DNA of 64,000 bases. Origin: Octopus sinensis. Taxonomy: Eukaryota. The notes beneath the pieces are model-generated. The model was not told the DNA's origin. It was given only the letters and a program-made list of their open reading frames with translations, and did not search any database. Location of the stretch: the NCBI RefSeq assembly GCF_006345805.1, contig NC_042999.1, positions 76,694,001-76,758,000 on the forward strand, given 5' to 3'. The translations under genes and the position numbers were made by a program. Every line of letters begins with the position of its first letter. Positions within the stretch are counted from its first letter, which is position 1. This document shows positions 26,167-39,233 of the stretch, in pieces.

Positions 26167-26905
26167 AATTGAGCGGATGGATGAATTGGGTTTTGACGTG
26201 TTCATCCATCCTGAGATATATTTAAATGTATATACGTATTTCCTTGCATACTTGTCTTTAAATGTGCATATACGTTAGGATCCCTTTTCCTGTATGCGGC
26301 TCATTCTCTAAATGGGTTTTTACATGCTGTGGGTAGGTACCATAGTTGATAATTACATATAATTATTAGATAATTGTGATCAACTTTATATCGTTTGTTG
26401 TTGGTACGAAAATTTATGGGAAATATACGTTTCTAATATCTTGGAGTTTTGAAGACTTTTGTGTTTGCAGGAAGCGGCTGATCCAGAGTTACGGTTCAGT
26501 ATTCGAGTTCTAAAGAAGGAAATATGGTAGATTATAGTAGATAAAATGAGTAATTGACAGCAGAAAATGAAATTGAGCGGATGGATGAATTGGTTATTAG
26601 TCACAGTTGACCGGAGTAGAAAACAGAAGTGGCAAGGTTTGTCGTTTCCCTGATATGGTAGCTAGTGGGTAGAACAATACATTCCAATTAATGTTAAGTG
26701 GGGTATTTTGTTAAGTATAGTGCCTATATATGTTTAGGTAGTGGCATTTTTTGCTGTGAGTTGCTAAAAGTCTATTTGAGTTGATTGCATTGGATTTTGA
26801 ACCTACGTGCAGTTAACCAAGTATATATTGATGTGGTTAATGGTTACATATTACTCATGAAGCAGTTTCCTTTTAGAGGGCATTATGTGGGTGTTATAGT
26901 TACAT
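26165..26905 (-). mobile_element. Penelope-like element 3' end (GIY-YIG C-terminus plus UTR)
   Basis: Degenerate RRFK..NQ, KNATT..KHI, INWNVL and ILNRNS...SCKHK (compare LNKRSE..CRH); ends against (GATA)n. Confidence 0.65.
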
Positions 26906-27197
26906 TTGGTAGTATTAGTTACGTAGTTTTAGTTTTCATATTTTGAAAGTTGTTCTGTGGTTAATTTTGGTTATAGTCATCATTTCACACAGCTCCGCCT
27001 ATTCCCCATCCCATCCACCCTCCTAAAAAAGGCAAATTGCGAGAGAACATATAAAAATCAAGACCTCAAGTCAAGCACAGTCTGACGATGTCAAGTGAGT
27101 CCCAGCTTTAAAGTCACTTTCCCACGTACAAGGTTAAATAATCTGCTCTGGTACAAAAATTCACGAGATATTCTTCAGTTTAGAAAGAATTATATAA

Positions 27198-27322
<125 letters not shown>

Positions 27323-27499
27323 AAGGGGGAGAGAGAGAAAGGGTGGAGATCATTAAATAATGAACCGGACATCATTACGCAGCGAAAAAGAAAAACAATA
27401 TTAGTATTATGAATCAGCTAAATATTTTTTTAATTATAGTAACAAATACTTGAAGCAATCCAGGAAAAGAGCACAAAGAGTGGAGTACTAATTCTTTCT

Positions 27500-27710
27500 A
27501 ATTTAAGCTTAGGGCATCAATTTTTGATTGTGTGGGTTGCGTTAGTCGATACCGTCGAGTCCATTACTTAAAAGATATTACATTTTCATCGATCTCAGGG
27601 AGCTGAAAAGCAAAGTTGACTTCGATGTAAATTGAACTCAGACTGTAACGATCAAGAACACCGCTTAGCATTTTCGCGACGTTCTAACGATTCTGCCAGC
27701 TCGCTGCATT
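27500..27710 (-). mobile_element. SINE family B, degenerate
   Basis: gcaaagttgacttcg..ttgaactcag..ccgcttagcatt..ctgccagctcgc. Confidence 0.7.
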
Positions 27711-28099
27711 TTGGAGTGGAGTAATAGATAACAAGACACACAATGTCACAACAATGAAGAATCTAACGTAAACTAAACAAAGCATATCTCAAAAGAGGGC
27801 TCAGCAAATATTTACATAAATAAACATTACGTGTGGAAAGATTTGTGCGCGTGCGTGCATGGTCTCCTGAAAGAGATAGGTTGAAGAAATGTATTCACCA
27901 GCGATAAAGTTGCTTCGAAGCCACAACATTGTGTACATCCGTGCGATAATGCATTCCTGAACACAATCCTACAACGCAAATCACAGCAGAAGTGTTGTGC
28001 AATGGTAGATATATCAATTCAGGAATCGTTAGTAGTTACGCATGCAAGCATACACGCACACACAGGGAGACAGGCGGACACACAAATAAATGGATTTGG

Positions 28100-28165
<66 letters not shown>

Positions 28166-28398
28166 TGCACATATAGATACACACGCGCATACACATGTAT
28201 AGATTTGAAGGTGTGTGTGTGTGTGTGTGTGTGTGTGCGTAGTGTGTGTGCGTGTGCGTGTGCGTTGCGTACGCGTGTGAGTGTATGCGTGTGCACGCGC
28301 GTGTATGCATGTGTGCGCGTATAACTACACGCACACATGATTATAAATAAATGTGTATGTGCATGCATTTATATTCGCATATATACACATATATATAT

Positions 28399-28429
<31 letters not shown>

Positions 28430-28513
28430 CACATACATACATACATACATACATACATGCATACATACATACACACACACATACATACATACATACATAC
28501 ATACATACATACA

Positions 28514-28544
<31 letters not shown>

Positions 28545-28700
28545 GCATATATATATTAATAGAGTTTATATGTTCGGAAGTTACGAGACATGTCAATACT
28601 TGTAAGCACTTGTTTCGCTTTCAGAATGATTAAGGAGTAAAATGAATGTGTTTCATATTAAAATTATATAGAAAGTAACAAGGTTTTCGAATTTTATTAG

Positions 28701-28763
28701 ACGAGTTGTTTGGACCATTAGATGTCATGGTTTTCGAACATGCCAGAAAGATCTTGACATCAA
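28701..28763 (+). CDS. Candidate exon of gene 1, (D)ELFGPLDVMVFEHARKILTS(R)
   Basis: Acceptor aattttattag|, donor caa|gtatga, 63 nt, phase 1 to 1. PLDVMVF also resembles a pogo-type DDE motif, so a TE origin is not excluded. Confidence 0.55.
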
Positions 28764-30342
28764 GTATGACATATGTCTCATTAAACCACAATATCCCATA
28801 TGCATTGAATCATTATTTTCTCACACAGCGTTTCACTGAAGCTATGATATATGGCTCGACAAACTATAGATTGGGAAACTTTACGTAGAACAACTTTCTT
28901 ATTAGAATGGCCTCATATTTTCCGTGAAAACCGACAATGACAGAAGAAATTCATTTCTTTTGCTGCTGTGGTTAGCTCTACGGTCTTCTGACATCAGTCA
29001 AAGGCGAGAATATAAGGGAAAACTATAATTATTTCCTAGTTGTAACTGAAAAGATGTAGCTTCCCAAGTCGACAGTGTTTCAAATAAGCTCTGGGTGGTT
29101 GTAATATCAGAAATCCAATACCAAGGGATTTTTGATTGGTGTATATCGCTACGGTAAATCGTAAGCAAAATCAAGGGAAAACAACAGAAAACAACAAAAA
29201 TACAGAGTATCGATTTTGTACTTTTGTTTGTTTTTCGTAATGTTTTTAGTTTTTGTTTTAGTTTGTTTGTTTGTTTTTGTGGCGTCCACATGATTTACTT
29301 TGGATGATTTTAAGAATACAAATGTTGTTGTTGTTGATGATGATGATGATGAGGAGGAGGAGGAGGAGGCGGATGCTGTTACTGTAGCTTCGACCTGCGC
29401 ATCAGGAAACATCTGGTCAAGCTTATTTCAGAAAAAAAAAAAAAACAACACTGCTATTTTGATAGGGGTTGATTTGAGGAAAATTTGGCTACTATTATTT
29501 ATCAGATCAAGAGCTAGCAGAGAAGCTCATTTACCGGTTCGGCAATCTAAGCATTTTGAATTAGATGCCTTGGAGTTGGTACTTTGGAATATATTAGACG
29601 CAGAAGTGTGTCCTACAGTCAATTACTGAAATTACCCTGACAAGAGTACACCTGGATCGCTGAGTTTAACACTTCTAACAGAAGGAAATTGTGAACAAGA
29701 CAAATAGAATCCATCTTGCATAGAAACGCCATCCAAAAACACCACTGCACCAACGTCAGAGATTCTACATAAAATGCCCAGCCTACTAGAAATAGCAGCC
29801 AAATGATGATATGATTGTTGTTCATACTGTGGTGGTGGTGGTGGTGGGGTTACGGTGATGGTCTCTAAGGTGGTAGTGCTGACAGTTGTAGTGATGGCGA
29901 TTGATACAGTCTTTGCGGTTGGTGACGGTGGTGGTCGCGGCGGCGGCGGCGGCGGCGGCGGTGGAGACGACGGTGGCAACGGTGGTGACGATGATGATGA
30001 TGATGATGGCCGTTGATATAGTTATTGTTACTGATGACTGGATGACGGTAGGAGGGGGGGTCGTCGTCGCCGTCATGTTGTTGCTCTTGTTAGTATGGTC
30101 GGTATAGTGGTAGCGAAGACGGTGCCGATATCAATGGTAGAAAGGATTATGCCGGCGCTCGTGCTGGTGAGGAAATATGTGAAATGGCCTTTCTTAATGA
30201 TAATGCTCTGCTCTTGACGCGTTTCAGTAATAATACTTTATATATTTGACTTAGGCAATGGGAGAAAGGAAGAAAATCAAGAAAACAATAGCGAACACAA
30301 ATGTTCTCACACACATACATATACATACAAATACTCATAGAT

Positions 30343-30375
<33 letters not shown>

Positions 30376-30617
30376 CATTCCAGCATCGCATACACACATA
30401 CATTCCAGCATTCGCATACACATACACACATACATAACCAAAGAAAAACTTAATTTGTATTATCATGAAAACTGCTTAAAATGTCAAACTTGATATTTCT
30501 AAATTATACACGACACACACGTACACATATATAAGTATATAAGGATGTATATGAATATATGTATGTATGTTTATGTGCGTATTGTGTGTGTGTGTGCTTC
30601 AGTGAGTGAGTGAGTGA

Positions 30618-30659
<42 letters not shown>

Positions 30660-33019
30660 GTGTATAGAATATAGAGTGAGTGAGTCTGTGTGTGCGTGTG
30701 TGCGTGTGTGTGTGCGTGTGTGTGTCTGTGTCTGTGTGTGTGTGTATCTGCGTGTGTGTGTGTGTGTCTGTGTCTGTGTCTGTATCTGTGTGTGTGTGAT
30801 TATTTGAATGCTTGGATGTATTTGTGTGATAAAAGAAATACAGAAAATCTGATGGAGAGAAAAGAGTGATAGAGAGAGACACAGAGAGAGAGAGAGGGGG
30901 AGAGAGAGAGGAGAGGGAGAGAGAAATAGGAAAGATTGCGCAGTTTAGGGAAAAGAAAGAGACAGAGTGATAAAATATATAGCATGCGAGATATGAAAAG
31001 AGTGAAAGGAGAGGATGTTAAGGTTAGTTAAATCTAGAATTGATGAATAACGAAGATAAATTGATCAAGTGTCAAACTGAATTAAAAATATAAAATTTAA
31101 ATTATATATACCGCACGGTTTTAAATAGAATTAAAATGCGCAGTGTTACTCAACAATCGGAGGAGAATTGTCATAAAAGTAGAAATGTGCTAGTTCTCTA
31201 ATAAGATAGATTATTTTAACGTAAGAAGCCATGCTCTTTACATACGCATTCAGCGATAAACCAAGACATCTTTCCTTACATAGGCCCGAGGCGACACATA
31301 TAATAGGGAGTACTAGTCTATTAATTATTTCATCAATCCTGTATATGTCAAGACGAAATCAGACGGCTCCGGCGGGATTTGAACCCAAAAGGTAAAAGAA
31401 TGAGATTGAATGAGAATGGTAGTGCTTTAGATGAAATCAATAAAGCTATATATGGTAGTTTGGTAGCTTAGATGGTTGCATGGAGGACGAGGTGGTGGTG
31501 GTGGATGGTGATGGTGTTGGTGGTGGTGGTGGTCGTCGTCGTCGTTGTAACGCTGCTGCTGAACTGTGATCTTTCAAAGTGGATATAAACTGAACTTATT
31601 TAAAACGTACACGATTCTTCACAGAACAGTACGGATATAAAAATAGTATGAAGGAAACGAAACGAAATGTATTGTAATGATACAAAGCTGTCGTTAACAT
31701 AAATAACAAAAGAAAGATAAGGATCAATGTAATAGCAACTTTCACTTTAGATATATTTTTTTTTATATTTTATTTATTTTTTTTTTTTTGAGGGGGTGGT
31801 TATGTTTTTTATTGTGTTCCGTTTTAATGTATTATTGGGAAAGTAAAAGAGCGGCTAAATATCTGATTTCTACCATCGGCACAAGGTCTACGCATTTTCG
31901 TTGTGGTTAGAACTCATCAAGGAATTCTGTTGTCTAAATACTCATCGTCGAAGCATTGCACTATTTATTACATTACAGATCAGGAAGACTATGAGAGACA
32001 GAATCTGTAGATCAACGGTGAAGAATGCCATGCACATCAACTTTACCTTTCACCTACCCAGAGATCAAGTTGAGAGATTTCGATTTAATCGATTGTGCCC
32101 AACCCTCAAATAACATCTGATCGTGCGCTCACGTTAGAAATCCCTATTGTAAGCCAATATTAGATAGATAGTCAGATAGTGAAATAATTAATGAGTAAAT
32201 GAGTAAGTGATTGAGTGAGTGAGTGAAGGAAAGAGTGAGAAAAAATATTCAAGCTGATGTATTCAGGGGGAGGAGTATGCGCGTGCGGAGTATTACTGAA
32301 CTGGCAGTCAAAAGATGAGCTAAGAGAAGTGAATGATGAGAGAATTGTGGATCAGAGGACAGAAGAGAAAACAGAAAGCAAGTGCGATGATGATGGTGAT
32401 GATGATGATGATGATGATGATGACGACGATGATGACGGTGGTGGTGGTGGTGGTGAAGAAGAGGAGGAACAGCAGAGAATGAGGTTAAAAGAATGGAATG
32501 TTTCGAGGTCTTGATGGTATAAAGTCAGACGTGTTTGTGTTTGTATATATGTGTGTGAGAGAGAGAGAGTGTGTGTGTGTGCGTGTGCGTGCTTCAGTGA
32601 GTGAGTGAGTGTGTGTGTGTGTGTGTGTCTGTGTGTGCATAGAATATAGAAAAATCTTGAAATATGAATGAAGATGAAAGCAATTCAAAAGAAAAGATAA
32701 CGATGAAAAAAGTAGGGTAAGGAGAGAAAGGATAAGTGATGGAAGAGAAAGAGGTGGGTGGGCAGAGTGAAGAAAGAGGTTAAAAAATAGCGTAGTTAAG
32801 TGGCACGAGAAAAGAGAGAAAGTGATGAGTGGTTGAGGAGTTGAATTAATAGTTGGGTGAGTAAAGGAGTGAGTGAGAGGTTGAGCCAGTCATTAAGTAG
32901 GTTAGTGACACTAGATGAATGTATGAGTGGGAGGGAAAAATTGGGGATGATTAGTAAAGGAATCTTTTTCATTAATGGTTCAGTCAGAGAAAGAAGGCAC
33001 GCCCATGATCCTTTTGCAG

Positions 33020-33094
33020 GGAAAGTATGGAGGAAGTTATCCTCAAACCAAAGACATGGCTCGAGCCTGTACAACAGTGTGTACACTGCTAAAG
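33020..33094 (+). CDS. Candidate exon of gene 1, (R)KVWRKLSSNQRHGSSLYNSVYTAK(V)
   Basis: Acceptor ccttttgcag|, donor aaag|gtatgt, 75 nt, phase 1 to 1. Confidence 0.65.
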
Positions 33095-34269
33095 GTATGT
33101 GGAAGATCTCGTATTTGTGTTAAACCCGAATATAGATGAAGTCTACCACTCAAAATCAAAAACAGTTCTTCAGATGGGGTTTCACAATTTCCATCCATCA
33201 AATTTCAGTTCCAAGGCTTCTGATAAGCCGTGGCTATTGCAGAAGATATATACTCAATGAGCTGTGCAGTGCTATTATAACCGAAACCACGTTGATACGA
33301 AGGAAACATTTTAAATATACAGTCTTGCCTACAATCAAAGAAGTATGTATTCTATAACTACCAATTATTTTGACGACATTGTAGTTGATACTCTAGAGGG
33401 TCAAACAGACTTATTATTAAGAAAATGAAAGCATTTTTCTTTCTTATTTTACTTTTTCTATGAAATCACTACGTTATTCGATGTGTCTTTTTTTTTTTTT
33501 TTGAAGACGTAAGTCATTTTAGGAAGATCTGGCTATTATTTTGCAAGTCGATCGACCACATAGAGATCCATTATTTGTTCAATAGTATTATCATAGAATA
33601 TTAGCAAGATATAGATATATTTTAGTATCTGGGGGTTGATTGTACATGTATGGGAATGGCTGTCAAGGTTGCTACTCACAACAAACACCGCCCTTCATAT
33701 AACGAGGTGGTCTTAGATTTGTATTATATTGTTGCAGTGAGTAGATACAAAGGTATTTTTCAGTGAGAAGTTTGTGGTGATGCGTAGTTTTGATATATTT
33801 GCGGTGTGGTGTGATTTGTTACGGATAGGTTATGAAATGCACTCAAGGAGAACTTTTCGTAGATTGTAGATGTGTAAAAGAAGATAATTTACTTCAACCA
33901 CCAGCAATAATAATAGTCATTTCTAGCATTGACACAAGGTCATACATATCTCGAAATGAAACATAGTTGGCTGAACTGATTTTTATATGTAATAGTTGAG
34001 TTAGATAGAAAATCTATGAAGAAAAAAGAGATTTTTTTTTAAATATATTAAAAAGAAAAAGGAAGTATACGACTACAAAGACCATGGTCTCAGTAAAAAA
34101 AAAAAGGAAAAGCTTCAACATACTTCATACTTAGATAAGTAGGGACAGATCAAGAAAACAGTACTGTTTCAGAATGCCTTTGAACATAGGCCTGATCGAT
34201 CAGAGTCGAACAGTGACTAAGCAACAACAACAAAAACAACAAGAGCATGTATATTTTACCTAGTGTACC

Positions 34270-34544
34270 TTGAATACGATAAAAGACAGTTGAGTTGCTG
34301 ATTGCTGCACAACAACAAAGTCTTCCGGCGAAAAGCATATAATGAAGCAGAATATATAACCTGGCATTAAAATATGCAGAAATTGTGCAAAAATAATCAA
34401 TCACATTATTTCTGGCTGTGCTGCACCGTCTTTGCAATTTAGATATCACAAAGTTGAATTTCCATGCAGTTAAAATTCTCGTTTATATTTCAGAATCCGA
34501 GAAGAGAAAGCCAGACACACACACACACACACATATATATATAA

Positions 34545-34623
<79 letters not shown>

Positions 34624-35010
34624 ATATATAATACGCTGATCGACAAGATATAGAAAATTACATTGTAAGTCTTACGGGACGTAGCAGTTCTTACTGACAA
34701 AGCAAATAAAGGTAAATCGCGTGAATATCTGAATATCAAAGGCCATCAGATAGAAAAAAAAACTGTATCCTAAAGATATATCAATTACAGCTGACGACAA
34801 CATAACTCTGAAACAAATGGGGCAATTATGCAAACATAAAACCACGAATACAGATATCCAGAACGTGGTTATTGGAAACAGAAGCAATCCTGAAAATAAT
34901 ATGTATCCTGGGAATGCTAAAAAGAGGATTATTACCGAAATCCCGTGACTTAAACATAAACAAAGCATTAGTGCATATAGATCAAACCAACGAGAACGTA
35001 GTCACTCTTG
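34270..35010 (+). mobile_element. Third R4/Dong-clade LINE, 3' fragment split by a microsatellite
   Basis: LIAAQQQSLP, INHIISGC, then after (CA)/(TA)n come VLTDK, CILKDISI and ILGMLK. Confidence 0.65.
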
Positions 35011-35351
35011 GCAAATTAGAAACAGAGTCCAAATCTTCTTTAAATTCCACTTCAATATTCATTAAAAAGAAATAAACGTATTGGGTAATGAAGCCCTTAC
35101 ATACACTATCCTTGGATAAAAAATATGGGATAGTCACGACTGGAATGTCTTTCAAAATAGATCTACTAGATCAGAACTGATAAAGGACTAAACAACAACA
35201 TAGGAGAAACTTTATATATTATATGTAGAAGCCTTTGATTGTAACACAGAGAGCACAGCTTTGAATATAATCAACATATATATAGCTGCACGTATATGAG
35301 AATATGTAATGTGAGGGCATAGTAACAGTGATATTACTGAATTAATATTAA

Positions 35352-35411
<60 letters not shown>

Positions 35412-36369
35412 GAGGGTGGTTGCATTGGCAAAAACAGATACAACACTATTTGCAAAAAAAAATGATAAATCTTTTGCAAGCGTTGCGAGTCACAAGAAGC
35501 CTTCCCAGCTCAACGTCTTGCGGACTAAAAGGGCGGAAATGAAAGTCGTCGTGTAGAATGCAAAGTGATTGGATGGGGGAAACAAAAGAATAGGCTCAAA
35601 ATGGAAGATAAGCAGAATACTGAAAGTTCTCTCCACAGGCGACCAGTAGTCCACCCGATAGCCTAAACTTCAAGGTTCTTTGAATTAGTAACTTGAGGCT
35701 AGCAATGAAACTGCTGAGGAAGCTAAAAAGGGATAAAAACAAAATAAGCTATGATTGTTGGGGAGGAGATTGAGCGCATACAACAAACAAAAGCCTCGCA
35801 AACTATCAATGCCTAACGAACACTGTCCATTGATGCGAGAGACTTTTGCAGTTTAATCGAAAATGCCCATATCTGACTTTAGAAAAATCAAGAGTAAGAG
35901 GCATGATTAGTGAACGCTGCCCGTAAGTTGCAACAAGACAGGTTACGCAATGTGCAAAGAAGAACATTATCAGTGTTGCAGAGAAGCCCTGATCTTATGA
36001 TGTCACAGTTTCTCGCAGCTTTGTAACAAAAGCATGTAATGTATTGTATTAAAATTTTAACATTTGTTTATATTACATTGCGTTCTCTCCAGTTCCTTTA
36101 TCGTATATTTACATATCCATATATTTTGTAATCCCTTCAGTATAACATAAATAAACCTTTATTATTACAATTCATCGAGCTCATGTCCGAAATGTATCTG
36201 TTTGTGCCAAGGTTTAAAATCCTTATTGTTACTTTAAGTAGCAACACTATGTAGTATGCATAAAGAGAAATTAGCAATACCAATGACAAATTGAAATTTC
36301 ATTTCCTTTCTTTATTTTTCACTGTTACTATTTCTGTTACGTGTATGACATGGATGATGCACCTGTATA

Positions 36370-36800
36370 TACAAGACAGAGAGGAGAGGTGCAGAAAAGG
36401 AGGAGGAGAGGAGGAGCGGAGGAGCGGAGAAGGGAAGGATGAAGAAAGATGAGGCGAGAAGGGGAGAAGGAGGAGGGACGAGGGACGAGGGGAGCAACAA
36501 GCGGAGAGGGAGAAGGGAGGAGAAGTAGGAGGATGGCAGAGCAGAAGGGAATGAGGAAGGGTGAGGAGTAAGGGAGAAGAGGAGATGTAATAGGTGGGAA
36601 GGAAGGAAGGCGAGTAGGAGGTTGAGAGGTGCTGATGGTAATGGTGGAAGGTTGGTTCTGGAGGAGGAGAAGAAGAAGAAGAAGAAGAAGAAGAAGAGAA
36701 GAAGAAGAAGAAGAAGAAGAAGAAGAAGAAGAAGAAGAAGAAGAAGAAGAAGAAGAAGAAGAAGAAGAAGAAGATTTGAGAAGAAATGAGATGAAGCGAG
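36370..36800. repeat. Purine-rich tract ending in (GAA)n
   Basis: Direct reading. Confidence 0.9.
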
Positions 36801-37109
36801 GCGAGCAGTGGTGAGGGCGAGAGACTTGGGATTGAACAACAAAAAATACAGAGCAAGAAAGCGGGGGGTGGAGACAGCAACAGCAGAAGAGCACGACTTT
36901 ACGTCACGATTACATGAAATGAAGGAATACAAATAAAGATAATGTAATCTAATAAATACAAAAGAACTACAGAAATACTAAACACCCACATACATAGTTA
37001 GAATGGGAAGAGAAGAGAGAATATAAAAATGAAAACAAATTCGAAATGTAATATTAGCTACCAAGAGTTTCTGGGAAATTTCCGGGTGTGTGCGTATGTA
37101 TATATACCC

Positions 37110-37140
<31 letters not shown>

Positions 37141-37276
37141 GATGACATGTTTACAGGTATGTATGTCTGTATATATGTATATACATGTACATGCATACAC
37201 ACGCGCGCGCTCGCACACACTCATAGTGTGAGAGTGAAAGTGAAAGGGATGGAAAAGTGGAATTTCTTCGTAATTA

Positions 37277-37393
37277 ACGAGGTTTGAAACGCTGAGCATG
37301 TTAAAACAGGGAACAGGTTGAAAGAGTGTACCTGTTACAACAGGAACATGCTGAAGCAGCGAACATGTTGAAACGGCGGACATGTTAAAAAGG
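37277..37393. repeat. Degenerate 17-bp minisatellite, about 7 units
   Basis: Units such as gaacatgttgaaacggc at about 17-bp spacing. Confidence 0.75.
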
Positions 37394-37466
37394 TATTTGT
37401 GGTTGCGAGGGAGATGTTTCACAAATAGGAAGGGCGTGGGGGGGGAAGCGTTGAACATAAGAACGC

Positions 37467-37514
<48 letters not shown>

Positions 37515-37894
37515 AACACAGAAAGGAAGAAAGAAAGAAAGAAAGAAAGAAACACAGAAAGAAAGAAAGAAGGGAAGACACACAGACAGACAGACAGATA
37601 GATAAGAAATGTAATGGAAAATGGTCTATACACGAAAACAAAAATTTGAAAAATGACAACCTGGGGAGTTTCCACTAACTCCTTCTCCGCTACTGTAAAC
37701 TCTCTATGTGTATATAGGTGTATGTATGAGTATGTACATAGGAAATAATTTCATAAAAAATGTTAAACAGAAGACACGACTGAAGTTTCATCTTTTTTTA
37801 ATTAAACATGATTCCTATTAGTTTTTTTTTTTTTTTTAGTTTAATATTTTAAATGTTTGTTAGAATAATACCGATTCAAGTTAATTTAGAATAA

Positions 37895-38085
37895 TACCTA
37901 TTTCTTTATTACCCACAAGGGGCTAAACATAGAGGGGACAAACAAGGACAGACATAGGTATTATGTCGATTACATCGACCCCAGTGCGTAACTGGTACTT
38001 AATTTATCGACCCCGAAAGGATGAAAGGCAAAGTCGACCTCGGCGGAATTTGAACTCACAACGTAACAGCAGACGAAGTACCGCA
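37895..38085 (-). mobile_element. SINE family B, young subfamily
   Basis: Near-identical reverse complement of the units at 46724-47322. Confidence 0.85.
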
Positions 38086-38513
38086 AAGGTTAATTTTCTC
38101 AGTGAAGTTTTTGATAATGGAGTTTTCTAGTATACAAGTATTATTGAAATACTGTTGCAAATGAAAAAGTTATCAACACCCAAATTAATATTCTTTAACA
38201 GTTAACTCTTATTTATTATCAACGTTTAATTAATTTGGACTAAATTTCAGTGTTTTTATCTAGCTTGTGTTTTCTTTACTAATAAAACTTGCGTAGTTAA
38301 TCTTCTCAATTTTGCAGTATTCTTTATAGGAAGGTCGTGTTGTTACTTATTGATTCTCTATCTAGTTATGTTCCATATTCAGTATTATAATGTACTGTAA
38401 TGATTCCTTGACGAAATGCATCGAACAACGAGAAAGTGTTACAATTGTCTACGCGAGGATGCAAAATTTGAAATCCATGCATTTAAGTCTATGCATCATT
38501 TTGCATTAAAATG

Positions 38514-38566
<53 letters not shown>

Positions 38567-38578
38567 GTACATATCGGG

Positions 38579-38765
38579 GGTGAAGGTGCGTGGCCTAGTA
38601 GTTAGGGTGTTTCACTCACGATCGCAAGACCGTGGTTTCGATTCACAAACTGACACTGCGTTTCGTTTTTCAACAAAACACTTCATTTCACATTGTTCCA
38701 ATCTGCTCAGCTGTAAATGGGTAACCCTACGACAGAGTGGCGTTCTGTTCAGGAAGAATGTTGAC
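38579..38765 (+). mobile_element. tRNA-headed SINE family C, degenerate
   Basis: A-box-like tggcctagtagtt, B-box-like ggtttcgattc, body similar to 57133. Confidence 0.65.
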
Positions 38766-38871
38766 CTACATGCTTTTTCAGCGGTGTGGTATCATTCGAA
38801 AGCGCATTATGACAAACAGTGTATAACAACATCCGATAACCTGGTTCATATAGTGATGTATTGATATATAT

Positions 38872-39065
38872 ATATTCATACTTTGGGTACCATAGCCCTT
38901 TCAAGTAAAGAGTTATTATCTGCAGATATATATCCGTAGTTTACTTGGAATTTGTGGGAGACATTCGTCCAGTATGCGTTTGAATGTTATGAAGTATTTT
39001 TCTTCTTTCATGTACCTTGGCATGATATTAAAGAGATCAGTTGAGGTGAAATAGTTTCTGCCTCG
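38872..39065 (-). mobile_element. CR1/L2-type LINE 3' end
   Basis: LFNIMPRYMKEEK..TFKRILDECLPQIP resembles the C-terminal FN.LP...FK..LD motif. Confidence 0.6.
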
Positions 39066-39142
39066 ATGTTGTGATGTGATGCGAGCATGATTTTTGGGGA
39101 GAACGGATTGCACGGGAACCAAGACTTGGGTGAATTTTAAAG

Positions 39143-39233
39143 TTGATGCCAACATCATTTCGGCAGTGCTATTGGACTATTTTCCACATCATACAACTGA
39201 TATAGCACTTACGGCGTCGCTGGAGGGAATAAG
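39143..39233 (+). CDS. Candidate exon of gene 1, (V)DANIISAVLLDYFPHHTTDIALTASLEGI(S)
   Basis: Acceptor ttttaaag|, donor taag|gtatga, phase 1 to 2; lies inside track ORF 39094..39495. Confidence 0.6.

Noticed and set aside
26285-26320. Possible hammerhead in the Penelope 3' region (minus gaatgagcc..aggaaa)
   Set aside because: Core too degenerate to call.
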